Positions 1 to 10,580 of a stretch of 64,000 nucleotides of DNA are shown here, piece by piece. This stretch comes from a virus. A program made the position numbers and the translations under genes. The notes under the pieces are model-generated. The model saw nothing but the letters and a program-made list of their open reading frames with translations, was not told where the DNA came from and made no database searches. Where the stretch lies: the IMG/VR virus record IMGVR_UViG_3300010354_000057, positions 24,109 to 88,108 of that record; one strand, 5' to 3'. Positions within the stretch are counted from its first letter, which is position 1. Each line of letters starts with the position of its first letter.

Positions 1-1
1 A

Positions 2-1309
2 CAATCAGCATCTATTCTTAATGCTTTGAGGGAAGAATCTAATAAGAAACCTATTTCGGGTCCAGATAAAAGTGATCCTACATTAGAAGATGATGAAGAT
101 GGTGGTGGTGGCGGTATGACCGAAGGTACATGGGGACCTTTGCTAGATCTTATTGCTGGAAAAGAATCTGGTGGTAATTATGAGGCAATGTATCCAAGCA
201 CCAAACTTCCTGGTGCTACCAAAATGACAATTGCTGAAGTTGCCAGAAGAGCAACAGGTGCTGTTGGTAAGTATCAACAACTTCCACAATATCTTGTTAA
301 CAGGGCTAGGGCAGCTGGACTGGATCCAAATAAAGATCTCTATAGTCCAGAAAATCAAGAAAAGATTATTATTAATGTTAATATTAAGGGAAGAGGTGGT
401 CAAAAATGGTTGGATAATAAAATAAGTGATGAAGAATTTATGCAAGGATTGTCACAAGAGTTTGCATCTTTACCAAACGCACAAGGTAAATTTTATTATC
501 CTGGACAAAGAAGTTCAATGACTGCTGCAAAAGTAAAAGCTGCTCTTGCTAAAGTTAAGAAAGGTGGATATTCTCAAGCAGAACTAGCATCTGGTAAAGG
601 TGGTGGTACTGATACTGGAAGTTACACGCAACTTTCAAATAACCCAGATGCTAAAAGAGGGTCAAAACTTGCTGGAGAACTTGGTAGATTTTTGGATAAA
701 AAAGGTTTAGGTAATTGGGGATCTGGTGTGCATCAACACCCAGAACACCCTCCATGGCCAAGAGAAAGTGGTCATAGTCCTGGATCTTTACATTATGCAT
801 CTAAAGGAGCAAGAGCAATTGATATTGGTGGATATGGAAGAAGTCGTGGTTACTCTGATCAAGAGCAAATTCTTGCAGGGATTGCTCAATTTAATAAGAT
901 GAAGGGTGTAAAACCAGTTCAACTACTTAAGGATGGATATCCTGGTCATGATAATCATGTTCACGTTGCTTATAAGCATGGTGGATTGGTAACAAAACCA
1001 ACACATGCTTTAATTGGTGAAACTGGAAAACCTGAAATGGTATTAGATCCAGATACAACTAAAACAATGAATAAAGAATATCCTGGAATGTTAGCAAAAT
1101 TAAATGCTGCAAAAAATAAAAAACAAATATCTGATGTTTTAAATTCATACGCTTCTTATGAAAATAATGATAATAATGTTACTTTAGTTTTAGTTCCAAT
1201 AGAAAAAGTTGTAAATAATACTATAACTAAACAATCTCCACCAGGACCACCAAGATTTGGTAGTACCTTTTCTTCTGATGCATTAAACATCGAAACTTTA
1301 CTAGCATGA
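2..1309 (+). CDS. Baseplate/tail-associated muralytic protein (lysozyme-like + peptidase M15-like domains), 5'-truncated by window edge
   Basis: Frame open from position 2; LLDLIAGKESGGNY...GKYQ...QEFASLP lysozyme-like motif; HSPGSLHY...AIDI...GHDNHVHV Zn-peptidase M15 motif; HALIGETGKPE tail-protein motif. Confidence 0.7.
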   Translation, partial: QSASILNALREESNKKPISGPDKSDPTLEDDEDGGGGGMTEGTWGPLLDLIAGKESGGNYEAMYPSTKLPGATKMTIAEVARRATGAVGKYQQLPQYLVNRARAAGLDPNKDLYSPENQEKIIINVNIKGRGGQKWLDNKISDEEFMQGLSQEFASLPNAQGKFYYPGQRSSMTAAKVKAALAKVKKGGYSQAELASGKGGGTDTGSYTQLSNNPDAKRGSKLAGELGRFLDKKGLGNWGSGVHQHPEHPPWPRESGHSPGSLHYASKGARAIDIGGYGRSRGYSDQEQILAGIAQFNKMKGVKPVQLLKDGYPGHDNHVHVAYKHGGLVTKPTHALIGETGKPEMVLDPDTTKTMNKEYPGMLAKLNAAKNKKQISDVLNSYASYENNDNNVTLVLVPIEKVVNNTITKQSPPGPPRFGSTFSSDALNIETLLA

Positions 1310-2610
1310 GCACTCCAAATATTGCTGCAAATCCAGCAAACATTTCAATATTTAAAATATACTCTAATATAAATGGTAATTCTTCTGATGTAAAAGGTGG
1401 AGTTGTAAATTTATCTTATTATGAAAGCGTACTTGAAAATACTGTTAGAGTTACCGCTACAATCGTAGATACTGGGAACTCTGGTGAAGGATCTAATACA
1501 TCTAATGTATTACAATTATTACAATTATCTGGTTTTGAAAGAGTTGAACTTGAATTTATTGATAATCAACCAGAAGAAAATAAAATTAGATTTACTGGGG
1601 ATAAATCTCTTTACATATCGAAGATAAGAAATATATTTTCCCACACACAGAAGACTGCTTTTACTATAGATCTCGTTACAAAAGAGTTTTTAATCAACGA
1701 GCAAGAAAGCAGTCTTGTATATAAAAGATACGATGGAGAAATATCTAGTTCGGTCAAGAAAATAGTAAAAGATTATTTAAAAAGCAGTAAAACAGTTTTT
1801 ACTGATACTACTATTAACAAATATAATTTTATTGGTGATGCAAAAAAACCAATGAGATTATGTACTGAAATGGCAAGATTTTGTATACCAGATGGTGTCC
1901 CTAATGCAAAAGGAAAGGTTGCTGGATATTTATTTTTTGAAACATATGATGGATATAATTTTAAGTCGATTGATAAGTTATTTGATTCTAAAAGAGGATA
2001 TAAATCATACATTTATAATATGAATACTGGTCTTCCTTCTGGATACACTGGGAAGATATTGGAATATTATGCTGATAAAACGATAGATGTTCAAAAAAGA
2101 ATGGTTGTTGGTGGATATGGAACTAAACTTGAAGGTTTTGATCCTTACACAGACAGATTTGGATATGCATTAGTTGATTCTGAAAAACAACCACAATTAG
2201 GTGGAAAAACAATGCCAAAATTGGCATCTGGTTTTAGTGGACCATCTAGAAAATCTATAAGAAGATTGGATGTTGGACAATTGCCAGATGGATCATCAAG
2301 TCAAGAACAATTAAAAGGTGCATTTGTTCAAAATTTAGACGCTGGTAATGTCATTGCACAATCTGCAATGAGATATAATCAATTATTTACTTTAGTGATG
2401 ACAATAACTATTGCTGGTGATATTTCAATCAGAGCTGGAGATTTAATATACTGTGATTTCCCTGGAACTACACCAAAGGATAATCCTCAACCAGATAAGG
2501 AAATAAGTGGTATATATATGATATCCGATGTTTGCCATTTTATAGAACCAAAAAGAACATTTACAAAGATGAATCTGGTTCGCGGATCATTTGGAAGAAC
2601 ACCAAAATAA
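1306..2610 (+). CDS. Baseplate hub/tail protein (gp27-like)
   Basis: 434 aa; YYESVL, GYLFFETYDGYNFKSID, SGIYMISDVCH motifs typical of cyanomyovirus hub proteins; lies upstream of gp5. Confidence 0.65.
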   Translation: MSTPNIAANPANISIFKIYSNINGNSSDVKGGVVNLSYYESVLENTVRVTATIVDTGNSGEGSNTSNVLQLLQLSGFERVELEFIDNQPEENKIRFTGDKSLYISKIRNIFSHTQKTAFTIDLVTKEFLINEQESSLVYKRYDGEISSSVKKIVKDYLKSSKTVFTDTTINKYNFIGDAKKPMRLCTEMARFCIPDGVPNAKGKVAGYLFFETYDGYNFKSIDKLFDSKRGYKSYIYNMNTGLPSGYTGKILEYYADKTIDVQKRMVVGGYGTKLEGFDPYTDRFGYALVDSEKQPQLGGKTMPKLASGFSGPSRKSIRRLDVGQLPDGSSSQEQLKGAFVQNLDAGNVIAQSAMRYNQLFTLVMTITIAGDISIRAGDLIYCDFPGTTPKDNPQPDKEISGIYMISDVCHFIEPKRTFTKMNLVRGSFGRTPK

Positions 2611-2622
2611 AGGTTTAATCCT

Positions 2623-2835
2623 ATGGATAATATTAACAATCACATAGAACACGATAAAAAATTGCTTGATGATCCAACTATTTCTTCACAAGCAAGAAGA
2701 CATACACAGGAGGAATTAACCTCTTTAGAAAAATATAAGGAACGTCATCCAGAAGATGACCACGATCCAACTGCTCTAGAACTTTATTGTGATGAAAATC
2801 CAGAAGCTCTTGAATGTAGGATTTACGAAAACTGA
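2623..2835 (+). CDS. cp12: CP12 Calvin-cycle inhibitor (picocyanobacterial/phage type)
   Basis: C-terminal HDPTALELYCDENPEALECRIYEN with the CP12 Cys pair. Confidence 0.9.
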   Translation: MDNINNHIEHDKKLLDDPTISSQARRHTQEELTSLEKYKERHPEDDHDPTALELYCDENPEALECRIYEN

Positions 2836-5195
2836 TGGAATTTACTGGATCTCTTTTTGATACTAATGCCCATGTTAATTACTGGGAAGGTATTGTAGTT
2901 GATAGAAATGAATGGCCAAGAACAGATAACCCAATAAAAGATGCTAAAGAACTTAATAATTGGGGTTATCGTGTCAAGGTAAGAATACAAGGAATTCATC
3001 CTGCAGATAAAAATATATTACCAGATTCTAAATTACCATGGATAGAACTTCCTGGAAGTTTTTTTGGTAGTGGGCATAGAGGAACTGGATTAACACCAGG
3101 CGTTACTCAGGGATCAATTGTCTGGGGAATTTGGGCAGTACCTTCACTTAAAAAAACTCCAATCATTCTTGGAGTAAAACAAAATAATGAGCAGACTAAT
3201 TTAAAGAGGAAGCAAGAGGGTGGATTTGATCCTTTCAGTGGATTTAGTGATACTGATACTGTTCCAGGTTATTCTGTTCCATTAGTTGAAGGAAATCCAT
3301 TAGAGGGAATTGCTTTTGGTAATTACTGGAACCAGTCTGATGCTGGTAAAATGGAGGAATATACTTTTGGTATAGATTCTCCCAAACCATGTACAACAAC
3401 TCCTTTGTCAGAAATACAACTTACCATACAATCTTTGATACAAAAAATTGAAAAGGTGCAGAGGCAGTTATCTACATGGAAAAACGCTGCACAAAGTTGG
3501 ATTTCCGACAAGCAAGCCTATATTAATAACTTAATTGAACAAGCAGCAAAAAAAGTTGCTGAAGGTATTAGGTGGTTAATGGAAACCATCAGAAAATATG
3601 TGATGGAATATGTGCAAGATAAGATTAAAAAGTTATACTTTTTAATTAACCCTTCTGATAGAGATAAGGCAAAAACTGCTCAAGATAAAGTAGTTGAATT
3701 AATAACATGTCTATTCAATAAGATTATTAATGGTTTATTGGGAATAGTATTGGGTTTATTGAAAAATGCTGTAGGTAAATTTATTAATGTTCCTCAATGT
3801 GTTGTTGAAAATATTATGTCTTCACTGTTAGGAAATCTTTTTGGATTTTTAGGTGGAGCAATAGACAATATATTAAGTTCTATATCATCTTTAGTTGGTA
3901 GTGCTATTAGTGTTGCTGAGGGTATTCTTGGATTAATCAAATCTATTCTTGGATTTTTCTCATGCGATGATCAGAATGAATGCCCAGAAACAACACAATG
4001 GAATTTATGGGATGGTGGAAAACCCGCTACAACTTTTGATTTAGAATCTATATTTAATGAGGCAAAAAATATTGCTTCTAGTGTTCAAAATATTGTAGAT
4101 CCAGATAATTTTACTTTTGATTTTAGTGGTTTATTCTCTCAACTTTCAAGTGGAGTTAATAGTTGCTTTACTGGACCTGTTTTGTGTGGTCCACCCAGAG
4201 TAGAATTTTTTGGTGGTGGTGGAAAAGGTGCTACTGCAAATGCAATAGTGAGTGCTGCTGGTGAGATATTAGGTGTTGATGTTATCACTCCTGGATCTGG
4301 ATACACTAAAGCACCTTTTGTGAATATTGTTGATGACTGTGGTAAAGGAAAAGGTGCTGTTGTAAAAGCTGTTATTGGAACTCCTGCTGGAGGTTCTGGT
4401 GATGGGACTGGTGATGGTGGTGGAACTGGAGGAAATGGTACTGGTACGGGTACTGGAACTGGTACTGGAACTGGAGGAACTGGTGCTGGTACTGGTACTG
4501 GAACTGATGGGACGGGAACTGGGGTAGGGGCAACTACCACAACAGATGGAACATTTGGTGTTATTGCTGTAATTGTTGAAGAACCTGGTTTCGATTATAT
4601 TAGTTCTCCTGATGGAGACTTGGGTGGTGATGGTAGAATATGGGCTACATCGGACCAAACAATAGTTAGAAGAAGTGATGGTACTTATGACGAACCATAT
4701 AATACTGCTGATGAAATATTATATTTAACTGACGGTGATTTAGTGAGCACCCCAGAAGATAGAAGTGGAATTAATTTATTAACTGGCGGTAGAGGGGGTG
4801 TTGGTGATGAAGGTGATTTTGTTATTCGCAAATTTCCTAGTAGTACTATAGGGGAATATCCAGTTTTTCTTTATCTTTGTGGTGTTGATGTAGTTAGGTC
4901 TGGTATTAATTATTCACCAACAGATAAAATTATAATTGAACCTAATATTAATGGTGCTATTCTTCAACCTGTTTGGGGTCCTTTTGGGGTATTAGAAAAA
5001 GTAAATGTCCTATCTCCTGGAATAGGATTTACAGAGAGACCACAAATATATGTTGAAAGTGATACTGGATATAATGCTCAACTTAATCCAGTATTCTGTG
5101 TAAATAGAGTAGGTGATGATACTGTTGGATCTTTACCACCAGATCTTACTCCAGATAAAATAGTAAAAGTTGTAGACTGTGTTGGAATAGTTTAA
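2835..5195 (+). CDS. gp5: Baseplate hub subunit gp5 (cyanophage type)
   Basis: N-terminal OB-fold motif WGYRVKVRIQGIHP...LPW; CGPPRVEFFGGGG; Gly/Thr linker; C-terminal VVDCVG. Confidence 0.8.
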   Translation: MEFTGSLFDTNAHVNYWEGIVVDRNEWPRTDNPIKDAKELNNWGYRVKVRIQGIHPADKNILPDSKLPWIELPGSFFGSGHRGTGLTPGVTQGSIVWGIWAVPSLKKTPIILGVKQNNEQTNLKRKQEGGFDPFSGFSDTDTVPGYSVPLVEGNPLEGIAFGNYWNQSDAGKMEEYTFGIDSPKPCTTTPLSEIQLTIQSLIQKIEKVQRQLSTWKNAAQSWISDKQAYINNLIEQAAKKVAEGIRWLMETIRKYVMEYVQDKIKKLYFLINPSDRDKAKTAQDKVVELITCLFNKIINGLLGIVLGLLKNAVGKFINVPQCVVENIMSSLLGNLFGFLGGAIDNILSSISSLVGSAISVAEGILGLIKSILGFFSCDDQNECPETTQWNLWDGGKPATTFDLESIFNEAKNIASSVQNIVDPDNFTFDFSGLFSQLSSGVNSCFTGPVLCGPPRVEFFGGGGKGATANAIVSAAGEILGVDVITPGSGYTKAPFVNIVDDCGKGKGAVVKAVIGTPAGGSGDGTGDGGGTGGNGTGTGTGTGTGTGGTGAGTGTGTDGTGTGVGATTTTDGTFGVIAVIVEEPGFDYISSPDGDLGGDGRIWATSDQTIVRRSDGTYDEPYNTADEILYLTDGDLVSTPEDRSGINLLTGGRGGVGDEGDFVIRKFPSSTIGEYPVFLYLCGVDVVRSGINYSPTDKIIIEPNINGAILQPVWGPFGVLEKVNVLSPGIGFTERPQIYVESDTGYNAQLNPVFCVNRVGDDTVGSLPPDLTPDKIVKVVDCVGIV
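4388..4530 (+). repeat. Gly-Thr low-complexity coding repeat (GGAACT/GGTACT units) in gp5
   Basis: Degenerate 6-nt repeats encoding GTGTGTGTG. Confidence 0.85.
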
Positions 5196-5773
5196 TGGCA
5201 AAACCTAAAACAGAAGCAAGAAGATTTGGCACACATGAAGGTGAAATAAAATTTGGTCATGTTGACATGAATGGTTCAATGTCTGGGGTTCAATTAAGAA
5301 ATGGACCACCAGGACCAGAAGCAGAACATTTTATGCAGTTTTGTTCTACTGGTAAGATGAAAGGTGGAACAATTAATCGTTGCCCAACAGTATATCAAAT
5401 ACATTGTGCTGAAAAATCTGTTGATGGGATAGGATTTATATTAAACGTTGCTGATGGTGACATTGTTTTACGTGCTGCCAACGGAAGAATAAGATTAATA
5501 GCAGATAATATTGATCTAAAAGCAAGAGGAAAGAATGGTAAAAATGGTTTTATAAACTTTGATGCCGATGAAAAAGTTGTAATGAGAGCAAAAAATATAG
5601 AAGTAAATGGAACATCAGTTGTTAAATTCTTTTCTTCTGGATTGTGTGAAATCGTTGGTAAAAATACTTTAAATTTTTACGGTGGATTAGTTGACTGTGC
5701 TGATGGTGCAACAACTGGATTAAATTCTAAACATACTTCTGGCTTAGAACTTCAAGAAATGCTTACCTTATAA
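5195..5773 (+). CDS. Baseplate spike/gp5 C-terminal-like protein
   Basis: Beta-rich GDIVLRAANGRIRLIADNIDL; coupled to gp5. Confidence 0.55.
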   Translation: MAKPKTEARRFGTHEGEIKFGHVDMNGSMSGVQLRNGPPGPEAEHFMQFCSTGKMKGGTINRCPTVYQIHCAEKSVDGIGFILNVADGDIVLRAANGRIRLIADNIDLKARGKNGKNGFINFDADEKVVMRAKNIEVNGTSVVKFFSSGLCEIVGKNTLNFYGGLVDCADGATTGLNSKHTSGLELQEMLTL

Positions 5774-5777
5774 AAAT

Positions 5778-6461
5778 ATGAAACTACCAGACATAGAAAT
5801 AGGAAAAAGATTATTCCTCGGTAAAGGTAATCCAACTCAAGTTTTAGGTGTTGGACCAACTGAGGTAAGAGGATCTGGATATTTGGAGGGTCCGACTGTA
5901 ACTGGAGACCCATCACTATTTAAACCACTACCGCAAGAAATGGCCACTGTTATGTGTGGTCCAACTAAGAACCCAGACGTTGTGAAAGTTGGGACAATAC
6001 CATTTCTTTCTCTTTTTGTTCAAACTTATGCCAGAATAAAATCGTTTTTAAAAGTTGATTTATTGTTATCAGTGAAATTAATCAAAGCTGATATAATTTA
6101 TACTAATGTTTTGATGGCAAATACTAAAAATTTTGTAATAGATCATCCATTAAAAGAAGGTAAGAAATTAGTTCATGGATGTCTTGAAGGTCCAGAACAT
6201 TCGGTATATGTGAGAGGTAGATTAATTGATAAAAACGTGATAGAATTGCCAGATTATTGGGTTGGTTTAGTTGATGAGAGTACAATAACTGTATCATTAA
6301 CACCAATTTCTGCTGAGCAATCCTTATTTGTTAAAAATATACAAAACAATACTATTACAATTGGTGGATATGATACTGAATTTGGTCCGCTACCAATCAA
6401 TTGTTTTTATCATGTATTTGCTGAAAGAAAAGATGTAAATAAATTAGAAACTGAGATATAA
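5778..6461 (+). CDS. Tail/baseplate protein with C-terminal chaperone-like domain
   Basis: KNFVIDHP...LVHGCLEGPE...LPDYW...AERKD; paralogue of next gene. Confidence 0.6.
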   Translation: MKLPDIEIGKRLFLGKGNPTQVLGVGPTEVRGSGYLEGPTVTGDPSLFKPLPQEMATVMCGPTKNPDVVKVGTIPFLSLFVQTYARIKSFLKVDLLLSVKLIKADIIYTNVLMANTKNFVIDHPLKEGKKLVHGCLEGPEHSVYVRGRLIDKNVIELPDYWVGLVDESTITVSLTPISAEQSLFVKNIQNNTITIGGYDTEFGPLPINCFYHVFAERKDVNKLETEI

Positions 6462-6463
6462 TT

Positions 6464-7264
6464 ATGCCAGGATTTCCATTTAAAAATTATGGTACTTTCA
6501 CAGGACCAGCAAAAAATTATGTTTTTAATGATAGTGATGCTACTTGGTGGAGTGACATTCCCATTGACACTTCTTTTAAATTAACTGATATTGGAGTTTT
6601 ATTTTTTAATAACCAGGCGGATTATGCGTATTTTCACCTCTATGGTGTGTCAACAGCGTTAGTTACATTTGAAAAGAATAGTGGAGACTTACCCAATTTA
6701 CTTGCAAATATTCAAAATACAATATTTAATGGGAATATAATTATCAATGGAACAACAGTAGCGAATGATAATATCGTATGTAATGCTAACGTTGCCTGTA
6801 ATGGAGTTTTAAATCTATCTGGAGTTGGAAATGCTGCTTCATACATGACAACTACCAGAACAATTGCACAATCTAAAAAATCTTTTGACATTCCTCATCC
6901 ATCAAAAGATGATCATAGACTTAGGTATGTTTGTTTAGAAGGTCCAGCAGCAGAAGTTTATATTAGAGGTAAATTGGAGAATGAGAATGTTATATCTTTA
7001 CCAGAATATTGGACCGACTTAATTGATCAGGAAACAATAGGTGTGTCACTAACACCTATTGGGTATCATCAAGAATTGTTTGTAGAAAAAATAGAATGGG
7101 GATCTAGAATTATTATTAAAAACAATTCTGGTGGATCTGTAAACTGTTATTATACTGTTACTGCAGAAAGAAAAGATACTCCAAAAAATATTCCAGAATA
7201 CAAGGGGTTGACACCTAATGATTATCCAGGAGATAATAGTACATATAATGTAAATGGTTTATAG
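6464..7264 (+). CDS. Tail/baseplate protein with C-terminal chaperone-like domain (paralogue)
   Basis: KSFDIPHP...LRYVCLEGP...LPEYW...AERKD. Confidence 0.6.
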   Translation: MPGFPFKNYGTFTGPAKNYVFNDSDATWWSDIPIDTSFKLTDIGVLFFNNQADYAYFHLYGVSTALVTFEKNSGDLPNLLANIQNTIFNGNIIINGTTVANDNIVCNANVACNGVLNLSGVGNAASYMTTTRTIAQSKKSFDIPHPSKDDHRLRYVCLEGPAAEVYIRGKLENENVISLPEYWTDLIDQETIGVSLTPIGYHQELFVEKIEWGSRIIIKNNSGGSVNCYYTVTAERKDTPKNIPEYKGLTPNDYPGDNSTYNVNGL

Positions 7265-7941
7265 TGAATAAAGTTCATGAATTGTTTCCCTTGGTTGTTT
7301 ATCAGGGGACTATAGATTGTCATAATGAATTTAAAGAGAAACATATAAATTCATTACGTGATTATTGGTTTAATGGATATCAAAATGAAAGTCCAGAATA
7401 TTCTGGACGTATATTTGTTCATCATAAAAAAGAATATAAAATGTTTTTTGATGATCTTAAAAAAAATTTAGATCAATATATGGAACATTTGAATGTTGAC
7501 TATAATAAATTGAGTTATCATATAATTAAAGCGTGGGTTGGGTATCACAAAGATGATGAAACACCATCTATTCAACCACATTATCATAATGAATCTAACA
7601 TTAGTTTTGTATATTATTTAAAAACTGATGATACCTCAGATAAACTCTGTATTCAACAGCAAACAAATCGTAATGAAGTTGCTGGTGGATTATTTGAAGT
7701 TGCCCAACAAAGAAATACTTTGTTGGGATATAACAAATATAATTGCAATTACTACACGATCACACCAACTGAGGGAACGGTTGTAATGTTTCCGAGTGAT
7801 GTGTATCATTTCACTCAAAAAACAACCGAAAGAAAAGGTGAAAGAATTGTTATTCCTGGCGACATTAGGATAACTTTAAAAGAAGATAATCCAGATTATC
7901 ATCAAGGATCTACACACCCATCTCAGTGGTTGGAACTTTAA
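7264..7941 (+). CDS. 2OG-Fe(II) oxygenase (TIGR02466-like)
   Basis: PHYHNES..SFVYYL, MFPSDVYH, ERI motifs. Confidence 0.75.
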   Translation: MNKVHELFPLVVYQGTIDCHNEFKEKHINSLRDYWFNGYQNESPEYSGRIFVHHKKEYKMFFDDLKKNLDQYMEHLNVDYNKLSYHIIKAWVGYHKDDETPSIQPHYHNESNISFVYYLKTDDTSDKLCIQQQTNRNEVAGGLFEVAQQRNTLLGYNKYNCNYYTITPTEGTVVMFPSDVYHFTQKTTERKGERIVIPGDIRITLKEDNPDYHQGSTHPSQWLEL

Positions 7942-8659
7942 CTAAAGTTTCTGGGCAAATTTTTTCATATAACTTTCTTTGTTCAGAAGCCCACATCTCG
8001 TTTCTTAACATCCAGTCTATTTCATAATCAAATGAAATATGTTCTTTACCAATGTAACGATCTAAATATGATTTGATTAAAGTTTCTCCAAGAGAAACAT
8101 CACACCAATCATTATCATGCATTTCTTTTATATGTTCATATAGTTTCATATATTTTTTCATCCAATAACCATTACCATAAGCAAAATAATCAACATAAGA
8201 ATCTCCTGGTTCACATGGACCTGGATGTACTTTCCATGCTGGAATTACCAAATCTTTGTTTTGTTTTATATTGAAATTTTTTGTAGAAAAATCGCTTCTA
8301 CATTTAATAACAATATCATAATCCATTGGATTAAAAAGTCTTAGTCCCAAATAAATGCAATACCATTGTCTCAAAATTCTATAAGACCAATCTCTTCCAT
8401 TTATTTCAAGACCATTTAGTTTAAAATCAAATTCTGGTAATGTTTCTTTTTCTCTAAAAATATAATTTTCTGGTTTATACAAATCTATTAATTTATTAGT
8501 GTCAATGTTTATTGTCCCAGAACCCATGTAAAGTTCTGAATATGTGTATGAACTAATAAAAACATCTGTAGAATATTTTTCAATAATATTTTTTTTTGTG
8601 TTTGGATAGTGTTCTTCCCAATTTCTCATGTAACCAGTTAAAATCAAAGCAACTTTCAT
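7910..8659 (-). CDS. Putative glycosyltransferase-like protein
   Basis: KVALILTGYMR...YDIVIKCRSD...DYFAYG...GETL pattern seen in viral glycan-related proteins. Confidence 0.5.
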   Translation of the reverse strand: MKVALILTGYMRNWEEHYPNTKKNIIEKYSTDVFISSYTYSELYMGSGTINIDTNKLIDLYKPENYIFREKETLPEFDFKLNGLEINGRDWSYRILRQWYCIYLGLRLFNPMDYDIVIKCRSDFSTKNFNIKQNKDLVIPAWKVHPGPCEPGDSYVDYFAYGNGYWMKKYMKLYEHIKEMHDNDWCDVSLGETLIKSYLDRYIGKEHISFDYEIDWMLRNEMWASEQRKLYEKICPETLVKVPTTEMGV

Positions 8660-8695
8660 ATTAAAAAATAAATAACTTAACAGTACAATATAGTT

Positions 8696-9895
8696 ATGAC
8701 CACATTATCAACAGTTGGACAAACAGTTGTTTCTGGATTAACTTCAGAATCTTCAAATAGAACGGAAAGTAATTCTACATTTTCTGTTCCATTGGGGATT
8801 GCTGGTACTTCTATTAGTCAATATCAATTGCCTGCTAGAGAATTAGATCTTGAAATACTTGAAAATGTTCAACCAATATTAGATCAGATAAATTCTAAAA
8901 AATCACAAATAGTTGCTATATGTAATCAGGTAATGTCCTCTTACATTCCAGGAATAGCACCTCCATTGTGTGCAGTTGAACCAGATAAATCAAATTTGGA
9001 TTCGCCTGTCACATCTGATAAGGGTGAATATCCTGCGGTAATAGGTGGATTTAGTGGTGCTGGAACTCCTAATCCAGGAACACCTCAGATTGCATATGCT
9101 AATGTTAGACCAGATAATATAAGAATATTAAGATATCCTAATCTAGAAAATAGAGTTGCTCCTAATGATAATGCTTTAGAAAACTATAAATTTCCTGTAT
9201 TGACATCTCAGAATGCTGGACAAGGAAAGATAGATTCTTTTTTCAAAAATTCAAAGTATAATGATGGCGTTCTTACTTATTACGTCACTAGTGATTCTGG
9301 TAATTGGAGTAGTGAAGATTGGAACAGTAATAGTAATGTAATAGGTCAATATGTAAAAGTTACTGGACCAGGAATTGGTACTGTTGGTGTTCCTGGTGCC
9401 TATGATCATCCATCCAAAACATTTACGCCAGAACCAGAGTATTCTGCTATAGTATCTGGTTTAACTGGTATTACTACTGGAACATTTAATGGCACTAGCG
9501 TTAATTTTAATCCAACAACATTAAAAATGGAATCGACTGGGATATTTCCACTGTTTATTTCTACTCCTGGAACTCTTGTAATTGCTGCTGGTGCTAACGC
9601 TACAACAATAATCAACAATATTAGTACTTTAGAGTCTGAAATTGAAGCATTACGAGTTGGAATTAGTACATGGTTTAGTGAAGTAAATAGTTTAAAAGAA
9701 AGAAGGCATGGGCAACAATTAAGAGTATGGAGTTATAAGAGAGTACAAACTAGAAATAGTAGTGAAAATGTTAATATTGGATTGGGTGTTTCATCAGTTG
9801 AAAGAGTTGATCCTAGGTTGCCAACAACAATTTACAAATTTGATAGTGAAGATTATAGATTTGATGATACAAGTATAAAATTCGATGCTAATTGA
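8696..9895 (+). CDS. Virion structural protein (baseplate-associated)
   Basis: Ser/Thr/Gly rich; C-terminal FDS..RFD..KFD motif; late-promoter-like AATAAATA upstream. Confidence 0.55.
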   Translation: MTTLSTVGQTVVSGLTSESSNRTESNSTFSVPLGIAGTSISQYQLPARELDLEILENVQPILDQINSKKSQIVAICNQVMSSYIPGIAPPLCAVEPDKSNLDSPVTSDKGEYPAVIGGFSGAGTPNPGTPQIAYANVRPDNIRILRYPNLENRVAPNDNALENYKFPVLTSQNAGQGKIDSFFKNSKYNDGVLTYYVTSDSGNWSSEDWNSNSNVIGQYVKVTGPGIGTVGVPGAYDHPSKTFTPEPEYSAIVSGLTGITTGTFNGTSVNFNPTTLKMESTGIFPLFISTPGTLVIAAGANATTIINNISTLESEIEALRVGISTWFSEVNSLKERRHGQQLRVWSYKRVQTRNSSENVNIGLGVSSVERVDPRLPTTIYKFDSEDYRFDDTSIKFDAN

Positions 9896-9926
9896 TAATA
9901 AATAATAAGAAAATTATTTTATAATA

Positions 9927-10523
9927 ATGGCAAAATCACTTATTAGCATTGGATCGACATCTAATGATGGAACTGGAGATACACTAAGAGCAGGGGCGGA
10001 AAAAATCAATGCCAATTTTGATGAAATCTACAGTACATTTGGAAATGGAACAACTTTAAGTACGACAGTTGCAAACGCATCATCTTCTTCTTATGCGTCT
10101 GTTGCTGGAATTGCAACTATTGCACAGGGATTGAGTGGTGTTCCTAATATTACCGCTGGTATTGTAACTACGTCTGGTAATTTGAATGTAGTTGGAATTA
10201 TCACTTCATCTGGGGCAACAATTTATAACACAACTACTTTGAGTAATGTAGTTATTAGTGGTGTAAATACTCACAGTGGTGTTTCTAATTTTACCACTAC
10301 TGTTAATTTTAGTGGAACTGCTAATAGTATTAATCAATCAGCAGGAACTGCTGCTATTAATAGATTGGTTGTATCTGGTGTTACTACCTCTGGTGTTGGT
10401 AATACTGCAACACTTGGTACTAACAGCACTATGCAATTCTTCCTTCAAAATGATACAACCCTTAGGGTTGCAGTCAGAGGTAGTGATGGTGTAACTAGAT
10501 ATGGAACAATCGCACTAGCATAA
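9927..10523 (+). CDS. Baseplate wedge/tail-fibre connector (gp9/gp10 N-terminal domain)
   Basis: MAKSLISIGSTSNDGTGDTLRAGAEKINANFDEIY. Confidence 0.75.
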   Translation: MAKSLISIGSTSNDGTGDTLRAGAEKINANFDEIYSTFGNGTTLSTTVANASSSSYASVAGIATIAQGLSGVPNITAGIVTTSGNLNVVGIITSSGATIYNTTTLSNVVISGVNTHSGVSNFTTTVNFSGTANSINQSAGTAAINRLVVSGVTTSGVGNTATLGTNSTMQFFLQNDTTLRVAVRGSDGVTRYGTIALA

Positions 10524-10527
10524 AGAC

Positions 10528-10556
10528 TTGACAGACGGTTTTTGACCATGTATAAT
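10528..10556 (+). promoter_or_regulatory. Sigma70-type early promoter
   Basis: TTGACA-N17-TATAAT, perfect consensus. Confidence 0.8.
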
Positions 10557-10580
10557 GATGAGGTAAACAAAGGTGATGCC

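Noticed and set aside
4139-4658. Minus-strand Pro-Val and Ser-Thr repeat ORFs
   Set aside because: Antisense shadows of the Gly-Thr repeat in gp5
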